Made by a program: the position numbers and the translations under genes. The notes beneath the pieces were generated by a model, which ran no database searches, was not told the DNA's origin, and worked only from the letters and a program-made list of their open reading frames with translations. Source: Adineta vaga (lineage: Eukaryota > Animalia > Rotifera). From it: 64,000 bases of DNA. Of this stretch, positions 40,155 through 53,393 are shown one piece after another. The stretch is taken from the NCBI GenBank assembly GCA_021613535.1, contig CP075493.1:3534001-3598000 (forward strand). The letters run 5' to 3'. The first letter of the stretch is position 1. Each line of letters begins with the position of its first letter.

Positions 40155-42326
40155 TATCTTTATTGCGTATTCTTATGTTGATTTAATGATAGTAAATCAC
40201 ATTCGTTTGACGTTTCGAAGAGAGAGAAGAAAAATCTAAGAACCGATAATTTTATTAGTTGTGGTTCTCTATCAAATAAATATATACATCTGAAACAGAA
40301 GAAAGAAAGAGAAGAAGAAGAAGAAGAAAAAACGAAATGTGTATCGATCGTTTTTAGACGATAATGAAAAAGAAAGAAAAAGAGAAAGAGAAAAACGTTG
40401 CAACGTTTCGTTTTTTTTTCTTTCCAAAATAATACATCGTCAGATCCTTTAATAACAAGTAGTATTTACTACTCAATAGATGTATTGATATCGTGGTATA
40501 TTATGACTATTCTTTCTCTCTCTCTCTCTCTCTGAATACCTTCACAAAGAATGATGTCATTACTTCCTTCTGTAAATCTTACAAAGTCATCGAAAAATTC
40601 TTTTTATAAATAAATTATAAATTTGTAACTAGAGATTTCTTTTTCTAAGTAACGTCAAATGTTGTAATCGAAAATATATACTCAAAGGGACAAACACGCA
40701 GACGGAATAAGTAAGCAGGTGAAAAAGAAAAAGAAGAAAAGAGAATTTACATCGATGTTTGTCGAATCACTTCAAGTGAATGTATATATATATGAATGCG
40801 CATAAGATCTTTGTTGTTCATCACTTTTAACTACTACTACCTATTCATCAACCACTTGGCTACTGGCAATTTTTGATTTCTATTATTGACAAGAATGTCA
40901 AGAATGAGAAAAAGAACGAAAATGAAAGTTTATCAAAACATGAAAACTATGTGAAGTGAAGAAAAATTTTTTTTTCTAAAAACGCAAAAATGTGATAAAC
41001 AATAAATAAGATAGATTTATCTGAACAGATCAAATAACTTAAGCACGCGTTCAATTAGATAATTGAATAGGAGAATGAAAGATTCGATAGACCAACCCAA
41101 GGATTAGTCTCGGCTTGATAATCGAACAACAAAAAGAGTCATTCTAATTGCTCTTCACTCTCATTTCTCTGCGTGACCGTACTGTTAGTTATGAGATTAA
41201 ATCGACAAGGAGGAGACTAATTTTTACTCTTTGTTTTACTCTTCGTTTTTTTTCTTCTTCTTCTTGTCGTTATTATTCTCTTTATTCAATATGACCCTTC
41301 CTTTTGTTCTTTCTCATTTTTCGAACGAATACGTGAATATGTATAGACTTTTTTTCGTTGTTCTACGACATATATACACGAGCCTAAAAGCAACAAAAGC
41401 TCTGTTATATTCTCCCAAGCAAACAAATATGAAGAGAAGAAGAAGAGACAATATCACGTCGTTGAACATTGTTTTACTGTTTAGTAATCATCGAAATATA
41501 ATGAATGAAAGAATATCTTTATCACAACATTGAATCGGAAATATGACTTAATACCTGTTTCTTTTGATCCTTATGAAGAACTTTTCCTATGTAAACATAA
41601 AATAAAATGAGAAGAAAACATTATGAATGTAAAAATATTGTATTACTTAACAGTGTACGAATAAGATGATGTGAAAGTAATTTAAACATTTCATTTGTCC
41701 ATGAAGATTAATAATGGATGACAGTCAGAATTCTTTTATTAACCAAAGACAAAACGAAGTTTGTTGTAAAAAATATACATAAAAATGTACATCATACTTC
41801 AGATAATCTCTGTATTCAATGAGAGATCATAAAACTGCGAAGAAAGATCATAAATGATATGATATTGGGAAAAAAGAAGAAGTGATTCAAATGATGTTTA
41901 GTAAGAATAGTTTGTCCTTTTCTATTAAATTCTAGTCTAATAGCCAGACAGTCAAGTGTGAATTTCTATATTTACATGTGATCAATGAAGTGACAATACA
42001 AATAAATCGAATAGTGACATATGTTTTGATCGGTCGATTGATTAGGTCAAAGTACTCGAATACTTAACTCCACTTTACAGACGCACTACCTTTACTCTCT
42101 TTTTTTTATACATTTTTATAGACAAAGAAAATTTGTTATCTGTAGAAAAAACAGTAAAAGTGAATAAATACCTTTTTTGTTTTTATATATCTCATAAAAA
42201 GAAGTCGATGAATATTCATAATCTTTGACCAACAAAATTGTCTCATTTTGATTTTATCTGAAATATTGATAAAAACACTTGTATGATTAATGAACTAAAT
42301 AAAAGAAGAGTTAAGAAAGTCTTTTA

Positions 42327-42895
42327 TTATAAACGTTGTCGAACAGTTTTATAAATCGCTGCTGAACATTCGATTAGAAATGGTACACAACTACATATAG
42401 CAAATATCGGCCAAATACGTAGAGCACATTGATGTTGAAGAAGAAAAAAGACGAGACCAATCGCAGCTGATAGATGAAGAATAATCGCTAGAAAAAAATA
42501 GATTTCAAACATAGTTCTGTATTGAATTTGATTTTACAAACCAAGAAATGAACGAGCATAGTTAATCGATGTTATACCAAGAATTAATGGAATAAGTTCT
42601 AATACACAAAATGCTATTGCTAATGAATGTGCAACAAATAATCTACACAGAAAATAATGATAATAAAAGAGTGAGATAATTGTTTTTGAATTTTACTGAT
42701 TTCGATAAGAATTCCATGAGACATTATTTTCACAAGCAGTGGCATTACGTTCCTACAGAAGACAAAACGAGATCGAAAGTGATTAATAATGAAAATAAGT
42801 AGTTTCTAGCATACCCAACTCCAAAAACAAAGTGCAATGGCAAGAAAATGTAGCACATGAGACATAAAACGAGTCGAGATTGTCCGTAAATACAT
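42327..42895 (-). CDS. TMEM107: TMEM107-like transmembrane protein, paralog 2
   Basis: MYLRTISTRFMSHVLHFLAIALCFWSW / ERNATAC..NQ / LFVAHSLAIAFCVLELIPLILGITSI / IILHLSAAIGLVFFLLQHQCALRIWPIFAICSCVPFLIE. Same four-exon layout as paralog 1. Confidence 0.8.
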
Positions 42896-43219
42896 TTTCA
42901 ATACAATAATATCTATTTAATATGCAAGACAAATCATTCAATATAGGACTCGTCAAGATGCCATGAAGAGCAAACGTTACTTCACAACAGCCTCCATCTA
43001 TTAATTTAATTTGAGAATTTTTTTAAAATGTTTATTTGATTTAAAAGTTTCAAAAAACGGAAATTCTATTTTCTTCCAATTTTTTATATTTAACAAATAA
43101 GACCTGTCAATTAAATCATTGGTTAAAAAATACACCAATGAAAACACCGTTCTTCTTTGTTGATGATCGATCATGTCATGTCAGTATTATTATTCATTGA
43201 TTGAGGTTATTTATCAATT

Positions 43220-43972
43220 ATGACAGATCTCAAACCGATTGTACCAAGTAGTAAGTATAATAAAATTCATTGAATCAATCTAATTATTTCACTTTAATAA
43301 TCTGCTTTTTTTTTCTTCTTCCATAGTTGTTGTACAAGAGGAAGGCTCACGAAAAGTTTTAGTATATCTTAATATTCCTGAATTAAAAGTCAAACGATCG
43401 TTTCCAAATATTCTCAAACAAATTCCATCAAATGGAAATCAGAGAACACTTACTTTTCGTGATCAGTGAGTTTTAAATGGTGTTTTTGGAAGAAATATTC
43501 GGAAAAAAAACATTTTTTTTTCATACTTAGATCATTTACATTTACATTAAATGTTCAAACAAAAAACAATCAAACAAAGATCTATTCGTTAGGAGTTGCA
43601 CGATTACCGGGTGAAATTGAACCTCAACATTGCTCAATCAAAGTCTGTTTTTATCGGAAGAAATTGATTTCATTAGAACTATATTTTCTTTTTTCTTCTT
43701 TGTAGTATCAACGTGGTGGCTGTTGGATTACAATGATGAAAGTTGAACCAATGAGTTGGATGAATCGAATATGTGATGATATGAGTCCTGGTTTAGATCT
43801 GCAAGAGAATGATGATCAAACTCCAACAGCTTCAGCACCTGATGAACCTGTTCAATTACGAGATACCGACATGCCACCACCATTTAATCTCGTACCCATT
43901 GCTCCATCTCCACCTTTTCGGCCACCCTCAACTAAGTCTCCTGCACCACCACCACCTACACAATCAACCTGA
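43220..43972 (+). CDS. CS-domain (p23/HSP20-like; CacyBP/SGT1-type) protein with a Pro-rich tail
   Basis: Spliced: KVLVYLNIPEL..LTFRDQSFTFTL..YSLGVARLPGEIEPQHCSIKYQRGGCWITMMKVEPMSW, which is the CS-domain pattern; tail PPSTKSPAPPPP. Confidence 0.6.
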
Positions 43973-45877
43973 TCGACATCTAACAATTCAATATAGCAAA
44001 TCAGATATTTATGACAATTCTGATAGAATCAATCAATCTGACATGTGTTCGCATATATCTACTCAACTGAAGGAGATAGATGTATATTAGTTTGTGTTCT
44101 GTTTTTTTTGTACTTTGTTTGTTTGCAATGCACGACTTTATGTATGAGATTCTTGATGTTCTTTTTTACTATGACGCACTGCGAAATCACAATAAACTAA
44201 GAGAATTTCTATGAGTATTTTTTTAATTCAACTATAGACAAGCATATTAATCAAATGGATAGATGCAAAACTCTATTTGACGTAAAACAATGAATTCATG
44301 AATAGGTGCGCGCAGAATTTCACTGCTATGCTAGGAATAAATCACCGATATAACTCCTTCGTAAAATTTAAATCTATGATGTTAATGAAAGTATAGATGT
44401 ATCACTAGTGACAATAATCATCATACTTAACATGATTTAGAATGCGCTTTCAAATACAATTTCACAATTGATACAGTAAAAGAATAATACAAAGTTTGAT
44501 CATCCTAATGAACAATTATTAATATCTCTTTGGCTTCGTCACTAGAACTTTCTTTGCATTGTTATATGTATATCTCTCTATAATTTCTACTAATCATTGT
44601 CGGCATTTCAATGCAAAAGAGAACAAATTTATCTCTAATTCTTCTTTTTCTTTCCTTCGATTATTTCATGTTTTTCGCTTCTATACATTGTTTATACACA
44701 AATCTCTTGAAGAAAATAAGCTTGCATACATTTTCTTTTGTTCCATTAGCTAATCCGGATATTCTCGATTCTAATCACATTGATATGTATTGAACATTTG
44801 TAATTGTTCGATTGATGATGATGATGAACATATATACATAAAACAGATCATCTTAACCATGAAAACATATTGAATAAATGGCATCGGTCACATATGATTT
44901 CTTTTCCTTTGTACATTTAATTATTTTTCCTTTTTTTGTTTTTCTTCAATTGTCATCACATATTTTTTACAATCAATCTATGAGAACTTCTTCAAATGAT
45001 GAGAATCAATTGCTAGATAGACGAAGAAAAAGAAAAAGAAAACAAGAATGAAATTTAGCATATGGATATATGTAGTCTCCATTTACCACTTGAGAAAAAA
45101 ATCGATTTCTTGAGTGTTTAACTGACAAATGAACAGTATGATCAGTGAATAACAGAGGAAAAAATCGTTTTTTGCGTATATATGGTTCAATTGAAGAAAG
45201 TTATAGTATAAATATAATCGATTGATTTTCTTCGATAAGTGTTTATTCGGTGGATTGAATCAATTGAAAGACACTTATTTCAAATGGATTTTCTGTGCAA
45301 ACAATAATCGATATATATCGTTGCTATATTTCTTGATTTTCTTTTTTCGAAATTTTTTAACCAGGAGTAAATCTCGTCTATGTTTACAATCAATGATTCA
45401 TTTCTTTTGTAGTTTTTTATCGACAATATCTTCAAGTGACTCTTCATTGACATCACAATATCAATATACAGACTTTGATAAGGTCATATTACCACCTCAT
45501 CATTAACATCTACTGACGAAACACCCTAAGGCTTGTTTCGTATACATTTAGATCCTTTCTTCTTTGTTCATTAATAGAAAATGTCTGTTGTCTATTTTAC
45601 TGTTTGATGATGATGGCACTCAAATGAAAGATTTGTATTTATTACTTTGTTCACTTCAACTTCTTTCAAAATACAGTTTTCTTTAATCAATGATTGGTCA
45701 TTTTTTTATGGATGAAAGAAAGAACATATTGAAGATGAAATCGGATTGGATATTACCGTCTTAGTTGCTCTCTCTCTCTCTTTCTATTTCTGCTTCTCTC
45801 CTTGTTCATTCTTCAATCAATTGTTCTCTCATTTGATGAAACGGAGCTCATCACGAATACAAACATAGTTTTTCTCC

Positions 45878-46554
45878 ATGACAGATACGGTACCATCTGA
45901 TGATATCGAAAGTATTCCCTCTAATCATCATCGTTATTCTCATTCTTCATCAGACTCAAGATCTCATACACCTAACTCATCCATATGTGATGATATCGAT
46001 GAAAGACAATATTCATTAGTGAAACAAAATGATATTAAACCACCTTTTTCTTATATTGCCTTAATTACCATGGCTATTTTACAATCTCCATCTCATCGTT
46101 TAACATTGAGTGGTATCTGTGATTATATTATGAAACATTTTCCTTATTATCGAGAACGTTTTCCTGCTTGGCAAAATTCTATTCGTCATAATTTAAGTTT
46201 AAATGATTGTTTTCTTAAAATACCACGTTCACCCGGAAGTCCAGGTATGAAAGAAATCACAATTCAAATAGGTTTATTTCGTTTTATTTATTTACAGGTA
46301 AAGGAAATTATTGGACATTAGATCCAGCAAGTGAACATATGTTTGATAATGGTTCATTTCTACGTCGTCGTAAACGTTTCAAACGTTTAAATCAATTCTA
46401 TTCACATGATCTACCATCAGGATATCCTCTTCTTCCAACAATACAATATTATCCATTATTACCTTCAATTTCTTTACCATTATCAACTAAGAAGATTTCA
46501 ACTTCATCAAAAATGTCTTTTACAATCGATAATTTGATTGGAACTAATCGATAA
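45878..46554 (+). CDS. FOXD: Forkhead box D transcription factor
   Basis: [94 protein letters not shown]; C-terminal eh1 motif SFTIDNLIG. One intron ~46246-46298. Confidence 0.95.
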
Positions 46555-47363
46555 TCACGTTAAAACAATTGATTTGATTCTCAAGTAAATCAATATACAT
46601 ATGAAATTCGTTCAAATAAACATTCAGGATAAATATCATTTGTTGTTATTTCAAGCAATTGAATGTATATGTTCTTTTTCTTTAAAGAGGAAATAATAAT
46701 TCGTTTTTCGGACATCCGAATATTGTTGATAGAAGCGAACATGATGATGCTGACTGTTTTTTCGAATAGAAAGAAATAACAATTAGATTCATTGCTTGAT
46801 ATTGAGAGATAAAATATAATGTGAGAATGAATACAGCTGTATAAATCAATATGTTAGAAAGAGAATTCTCTTTATATAGTTGTTGAAAGTTTGATTGGCA
46901 TGATATTTCAGCTTTTAAACGAAAAAATTTGTAGATTCTCGATCATCTTTACTCGACTTCTTTATGAGCAACTTATGTAAAATATAGTGTAGAAAACGAG
47001 TAAATCTAATTATTCTTTAAATATGTGAAATTAGAAAAATTCTATGGCGTTCTTTAGTATAGAAGACGAACATGACTATTATGTTTATTGTCAACCTTGA
47101 TTGATCATACGAAAGATTTTTGACAATCTTTCAAAGTACTTCGAGAAATGACTTTTCAGTTGATTTCATTGATATTAAATAGAAATAAACATGTTTTCAA
47201 TGTTATAGAATTCCGCTGATATGATGATGGATTAAAAGGAAAAGAAAAATAGAAATAACCGGAGAATACACAGATATGAATAGAGTATATATGTATGGAT
47301 GAAAAGATGTTACAAAAAAAAACAACAAAATAGAAAGAAAAAATGAATATACAGAAGAATAAT

Positions 47364-48739
47364 CTATGTATCTGTTGGTTGTGCTAATGCGAGAAGAATC
47401 ATTTTTAATTCAGCTTTACTAATCTTTTTATCGCGATTGTAATCACAACCATTTAATAGTGTACGTTTAAATTGTTGTAAATCTTCATGATCATATTCCT
47501 TTAAATAGATGTATATGTATATATTATTATCAGTTATCTTTCGAAAACAATTTTTTCAATTACTTTTTTAATTAAATCCATAAGATCTTTAACAAAACCA
47601 TCTAATTCTTCTTCTTCGATAATTTCATTTCCATCCTAAATTATTTTCGATCAATAAATATAAAAGAAGAAGAAGATGAACATTTCTTTTACTTTATCAT
47701 AAAGTTGAAATACTCGATCGAGATCTTGAGGTGTTATTGTTGAACAACCCTGAAGAAAAAAAAATTAATTGATCTAAGTTCTATTTTCAATTAACAAAAA
47801 ACTTACTTTGAAAATTGGACGTAAAAGAAAATTTTCCTTCACTGGTAACAGTCTAAACATATTCAATCATTAAATTAGAAAGAAAACAAAAACTATTTCA
47901 CTTCATTCATACTTAGTCATTTCACTAAATTGTAATTTTCCATCGCCATTCGTATCGAAGATATGTAACTAATAGAACGAAACGAAAGACTTATGGATTA
48001 AAGAAAGGAAACGTATTTAACGTACAATTGTATCTGTATATTCAATTAATTTTTCTTCAGTTATATTTGTTCCTTGTCGTTTTGCTAATAGAGCTTTGAT
48101 AAATAGTTTTAATTCATCTGCTTCGATATAACCAGAACAGTCTGCATCAAATTCTTTCCAAACTTTCATAAATTCTACACTCGAATCAAGTGGATGATCT
48201 TTACGGAAGAGAAGAAGAAAATTTTGATCAGTTGGTAAGATTTCTGCTAACTAAAAATCAATAAAAATGACTAGCTTTCATAAAAATATAAATAAGTTTT
48301 TAGATTTACTTCTGCAATTTCGATTTTACCATCATCATTTTCATCGTACGCTTCGAGAAAACTTTCCTTCAATTCTTTCAATACACTATCAGGTATTAAC
48401 TAAAACCAAATGAAATGAACTCTATCTTGTTTTTTGCTCTTTACCAATTTTACTTACGTCTGGACCTGTATCATTTGAATTAACTGATGAAGCAAGTTCA
48501 CGAAGTAAATCATCTAATTCATGTCCTTCAATAAAACCATTACCTATTGATATCAAATAAATAATTAGAATAGGAAGAGAATGAAAGATAATCATACCAT
48601 CCATATCATAATGACTCCAAATTTCCATAAATTGTGCAGCGGTCAATGGTTTAAATTCTTTACTATGTTCATCTCGAAATTGTCGAAGGAAATTTTCTTT
48701 TTTCTGTTGACGTTGATTTGCCATAGGGATTGTTTCCAT
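47364..48739 (-). CDS. Calbindin/calretinin-family hexa-EF-hand protein (Cbp53E/calbindin-32-like)
   Basis: [104 protein letters not shown]. Confidence 0.92.
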
Positions 48740-50346
48740 CTTAAATATAGTCTTAACAATCAAGTTTGAAAGGTTCGAATGATAGATTCTCTATCCGTTT
48801 GTTGAGTACTATCTTCTATAACAAGAAATTGACAACAAAATCTAATGTGTAAATGGAACTAATGTGAAGTGTACACAATGTCTAAAATAAAATCATTTAT
48901 CGCTCTTTTTTTCCTTTTTCTACATCACTTTCTCTCTTTCTTCTGCAAAAGGCGTTTTCTTTTTCTTTCTTCTCTCCCTATTCTGACGAAATAGAATGTC
49001 ATCATTTTTCCCTACTCGTTGTGTATTTTATTTGATTCTCGATGCTCCTGTTAGTAATATGTCGACACTCTTTAAAAGCATCAACGCACTTCGAAAAATA
49101 TGACGTCTGTGTATCCAGAAATCGGGCAAGCAAATACCTCGATCTAATGTGACCAGCTGACGCATTCGTAGTCTTATTAACATAAGAACAAATAATAATA
49201 TCAAACTTACATTAAAAACGATCGATGAAGGACATTACTTAACTAGAGTAAAAACTTGTCGATCAATGTATGTTTTTGCCTCTTTTTTTTGCTTTTATAA
49301 TCCTATCGTGTCTATCACAATAGAGAAGAAAAAAAAGAATCGATTGTATTATTAGAAAGCTTTGTCATTTCCTAATCGGATATTCCTATTCATATGATAC
49401 AATCATTTTGTTAAGTTTGATTTAAATCTGTTGATATTTCTCTTGATGTAAAACATATCTTAACAAAAATTTTTTTGATAACAGGATCCTTCAATTTATT
49501 TTCTATTATCAAAACTAATGTTTTTTACTCGAAGACAATCTACGCATTTTCAAACAATGAATGGGCAATCGTGAATGATCGATGGAAGTTTTTCGTTTGA
49601 TGATTTATGATTATGTTTTTCTTTCTCTTTTGTATGTGAAATAAAACATCGGCACGTTTTCCTTTTACTACTTCCTTGATTGAAAAGCTAAAAAAAGAAT
49701 AATATATATGACATAAATATTGAAAATGATCGACAGATTTTCTACAAGTTCATTCACATCATGATCATTTTCGTAACATGATGAATAGATATATATCTTT
49801 CTTTGTAAAACTATATATTCTAGTAAATGTGTAATCAAACATTTGAAATCACATTAATGTTAATCGAATTAATCTTTTCGTCGATAATTAAAGTCATAGA
49901 TGTAATCTGACCCGAAATTGGTATCTGTATTATTTTAAGAAACGGAAGACATGTCATTTCTTATTATTGTCGAGAGATTATTCCGAACGAGTGAATCATG
50001 GAGCATTTCATCGAGATTGCTGGTGATCGGAATGAAGTTTGCGAGAATGATTGAAGTTGAAATGCGTGCTTTGAATTGTATCGATAACAATCAATTTGTA
50101 TCTACTGATTAAATAAGATTGGAATGCTGTTTTAGGAGGAATATGACGAACGACATTCAAAATAGAATGTAAACGAGTTTTGAAAAATATATCATACTAT
50201 ATGAACTTTAGATATTACTGTTCCTAATAACAATCGTTTTATTTTATATTTCCTAGAAGATGCATAACGGCCGACATAGACACTCAGAAAAACAAATAAA
50301 GAAAAACAGCTATAACAAAACTGTTCTAATACATTTAATAGCTTAT

Positions 50347-52482
50347 TTAAAAGCCCATTCCTCCCATTCCACCCATACCACCCATGCCACCGCCCACTAA
50401 AATAAAATGAATGAATTATTCGAAAATTTAAGAAACTAAAAAGATACTACGTACTGCCACCCATACCAGCTCCAGCAGCAGCATCTTTTTCGGATTTTGG
50501 TGCTTCGACAACAACAACTTCAGCTGTAGTTAATAATGATGCAACACCACTAGCATCTTGTAAAGCTGATCGAACAACCTAGAATGTAAATCCAAACGTA
50601 TTATAAATGATTTCATTCAGATAAATTGATATACTTTAGTTGGATCAATAATACCAGCTTTAACCATATCAACGAATTCATCACGTTGTGCATCATAACC
50701 AATTTCAAATGGTGACATAAGTACTTTTTCGACAATAACACTACCATCTTTACCGGCATTTTTAGCAATAGTTGCACATGGCATACGAAGTGCTTTTCGT
50801 ACAATATCAATACCTATAGGGAAAAAAAATGCCGATTAAAACATCAATTGATCTATCAGTATGATTTCTCTAACCGATTTTTTGATCTTCATTGATTCCT
50901 TCAGCATCTTTTTCCAATACTTTAAGACATCGTAAAAGTGCGACACCACCACCAGGTACAATACCTTCTTCTATAGCAGCACGTGTTGCATTTAATGCAT
51001 CCGTAATACGATCTTTCTTTTCATTGACTTCGACTTCACTACCACCGCCAACTTTCAAAACTGCAATACCATTAGATAATTTAGCTAAACGTTCTTGTAG
51101 TTTTTCTTTTTCATATTCAGAATTTGTATCAGCAATTTCATCTTTCAATGCATTAACACGTTGTTCAATGGCTGATGATTCACCTTTACCACGCATCAAT
51201 AATGTATCATCTTTTGTAACAATAACTTCACCAACACGACCAAAATCTTGAAGTTTAATTTCATCAAGTTTAGTTAAATTAGCTTCATCACCAAAAATAG
51301 TTCCACCACAAGCAATTCCAATATCACGTAAAGTATTCTTACGATTATCACCAAAACCTGGCGCTTTAATGGCACATACTTGAAGACCAACTTTCAATCT
51401 AAATGAAATCAGTTCAATCTTTTTTTTCGTTTAAATCAATTTGAAAATACCTGTTGATAACAAGTGTGGTTAATGCTTCACCATCAATATCTTCAGCAAT
51501 GATTAAAAGTGGTTTTCGTTGACTATTAGCTAATTCTAAGGCAGGAATAAGTTCTTGAACGGATGAAATTTTCTTTTCACTCAAGAGAAGCAAAGCATCT
51601 TGATATTCACATTTAGCACCTTTGGTTGTGTTAATAAAATAAGGTGAAATATAACCACGATCAAATTTCATGCCTTCAATGACTTCCAATTCGTCTATCA
51701 ATGTTTTACCATCCTGAAGAAAGAGACATCCATGTTATCAAGACATAGAATTCTTTTTAAATCCTACTTTGACAGTAATAACACCATCTTTGCCGACTTT
51801 TTTCATTGCATTGGAAATAATATCTCCAATTGAAATATCACCATTGGCTGATATTGTTGCAACTTGAGCAATTTCTTCGGGTGTAGTGACTGTTTTTGAC
51901 ATACGTTTTAATTCATTAACAACTATGGATACAGCAAGCATAATACCACGACGAACTTCAATTGGATTAGCACCACGAGAGATTTTATCGAAACCTTCTT
52001 TGGCAATAGCACGAGCAAGAACTGTTGCTGATGTTGTACCATCACCTATTAATACAAAGGATAAATTCGAATTTTTCCTATTCAAATATGTTTTCTCATC
52101 CTACCAGCTTCTTCATTGGTATTATTGGCAACATCTTGAACAAGTTTGGCACCGATATTTTGAAATTTATCTTTTAATTCAATTCCCTTAGCGACAGTTA
52201 CACCATCCTTAGTGATCTTTGGAGCACCCCAACTTTGTTCAAGAATGACATTTCGTCCCTGAATAGATGAAAACATAATGTAAGAATAAAGCAAAAGTAC
52301 CTAAACAAACTAACCTTAGGACCCATTGTAACTGCAACAGCATCGGCAAGAATATCAACACCTTGAAGCATCAATACTCGAGCCTCTGTTCCAAATTTAA
52401 TTTCTTTAGCTAATGAACGTCTTACGACATGTTGAATCAATGGTGATGTTGTTCGTGAAATTGTTTTAGTAAAACGATACAT
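50347..52482 (-). CDS. HSPD1: Mitochondrial 60 kDa chaperonin
   Basis: Arg-rich presequence, [61 protein letters not shown] tail. Confidence 0.98.
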
Positions 52483-52621
52483 ATTCGCTGATGGTAATGT
52501 TCTAAAAATGATCAGTAAAATAAAAGTGAGCGAGAAAAGGAGAGAAAGAAGAGAAGAAAAACGAAATCCTGGATGTTTCTTCTCCTCCGTCGTTTTTCGT
52601 TGTCGATTGACCTCCTTTATG

Positions 52622-52647
52622 TGAATGGATCAGAAGTATCTTCCAAT
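52622..52647. promoter_or_regulatory. Degenerate gap-type heat-shock element plus CCAAT in the HSP60/HSP10 bidirectional promoter
   Basis: tGAAt-ggatc-aGAAgtATCt followed by CCAAT at 52643-52647. Imperfect match; supported mainly by context. Confidence 0.3.
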
Positions 52648-52709
52648 CAAAAGAAACAGAATTAAATCAATATTAAATAATATTCTTGATAATTCCACAA
52701 TTCCAAAAG

Positions 52710-53130
52710 ATGGTAAGTAAAACATAACAGAGATAATTTTTATTCTCAAAATGAAACGATTCTATATGTTAGGCATCATCAGCATTGAAACGAATTATCC
52801 CATTATTTGATCGTGTACTTGTGGAACGATTTGCACCACAAACGAAAACAAAAGGTGGTTTACATATTCCAGAAAAAGCATTAGGAAAAGTACTTAGTGC
52901 AACTGTTATTGCTGTTGGCAAAGGTGTGAAACAACAGGTAACCTTCAATATGCTTAGTTCAAATTGAATGATTTGCGAATGTTCTCTTTTAGAATGGAGA
53001 CTATCTACCGGTGAGTGTACAAGCTGGTGATAAGGTGCTCTTACCAGAATATGGTGGTACTAAAGTTGAAATCGACGATAAAGAATATTTCATCTTTAAA
53101 GAAGCTGATATTCTTGCTACATGGCAATAA
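52710..53130 (+). CDS. HSPE1: Mitochondrial 10 kDa co-chaperonin
   Basis: ATG-only first coding exon (52710-52712), intron to 52772, then KRIIPLFDRVLVERF..KTKGGLHIPEKA..ATVIAVG, GDKVLLPEYGGTKV. Confidence 0.97.
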
Positions 53131-53393
53131 CAATATTAGTTCTCATTCGTGTGTGTAGAAAAACGAATAGTTATCGTTGTTTTTCTATTTGTTCAGTGTC
53201 TTTCGTACTTTTTAGGTAAAGAAAACATACATACAGTGCTTTTTCTATTCGATTAATAAAACAAACAGTCTCAAAACTATAACATGAAACTTCTTCTATT
53301 CGTATGATCTTCAATAATCTCTCATAATTAGCGAAATCTTTAAATTTCATTCTTACTTTTCAGAATTTTTTATTTATAAACAAAGAAAAATGA

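Noticed and set aside
44000-45870. Forkhead (TGTTTAC) and TCF/Sox-like (CTTTG[A/T]T) motifs and short ORFs upstream of FoxD
   Set aside because: Expected by chance in DNA this AT-rich; the ORFs are Phe/Ile-rich noise.
48800-50300. Long intergenic stretch checked for a transposon or ncRNA
   Set aside because: No terminal repeats, transposase or RT remnants, or stable structure evident; probably calbindin regulatory DNA and the HSP60 3' flank.
50892-52191. Plus-strand ORFs antisense to HSP60
   Set aside because: Antisense open frames typical of conserved, codon-biased genes.
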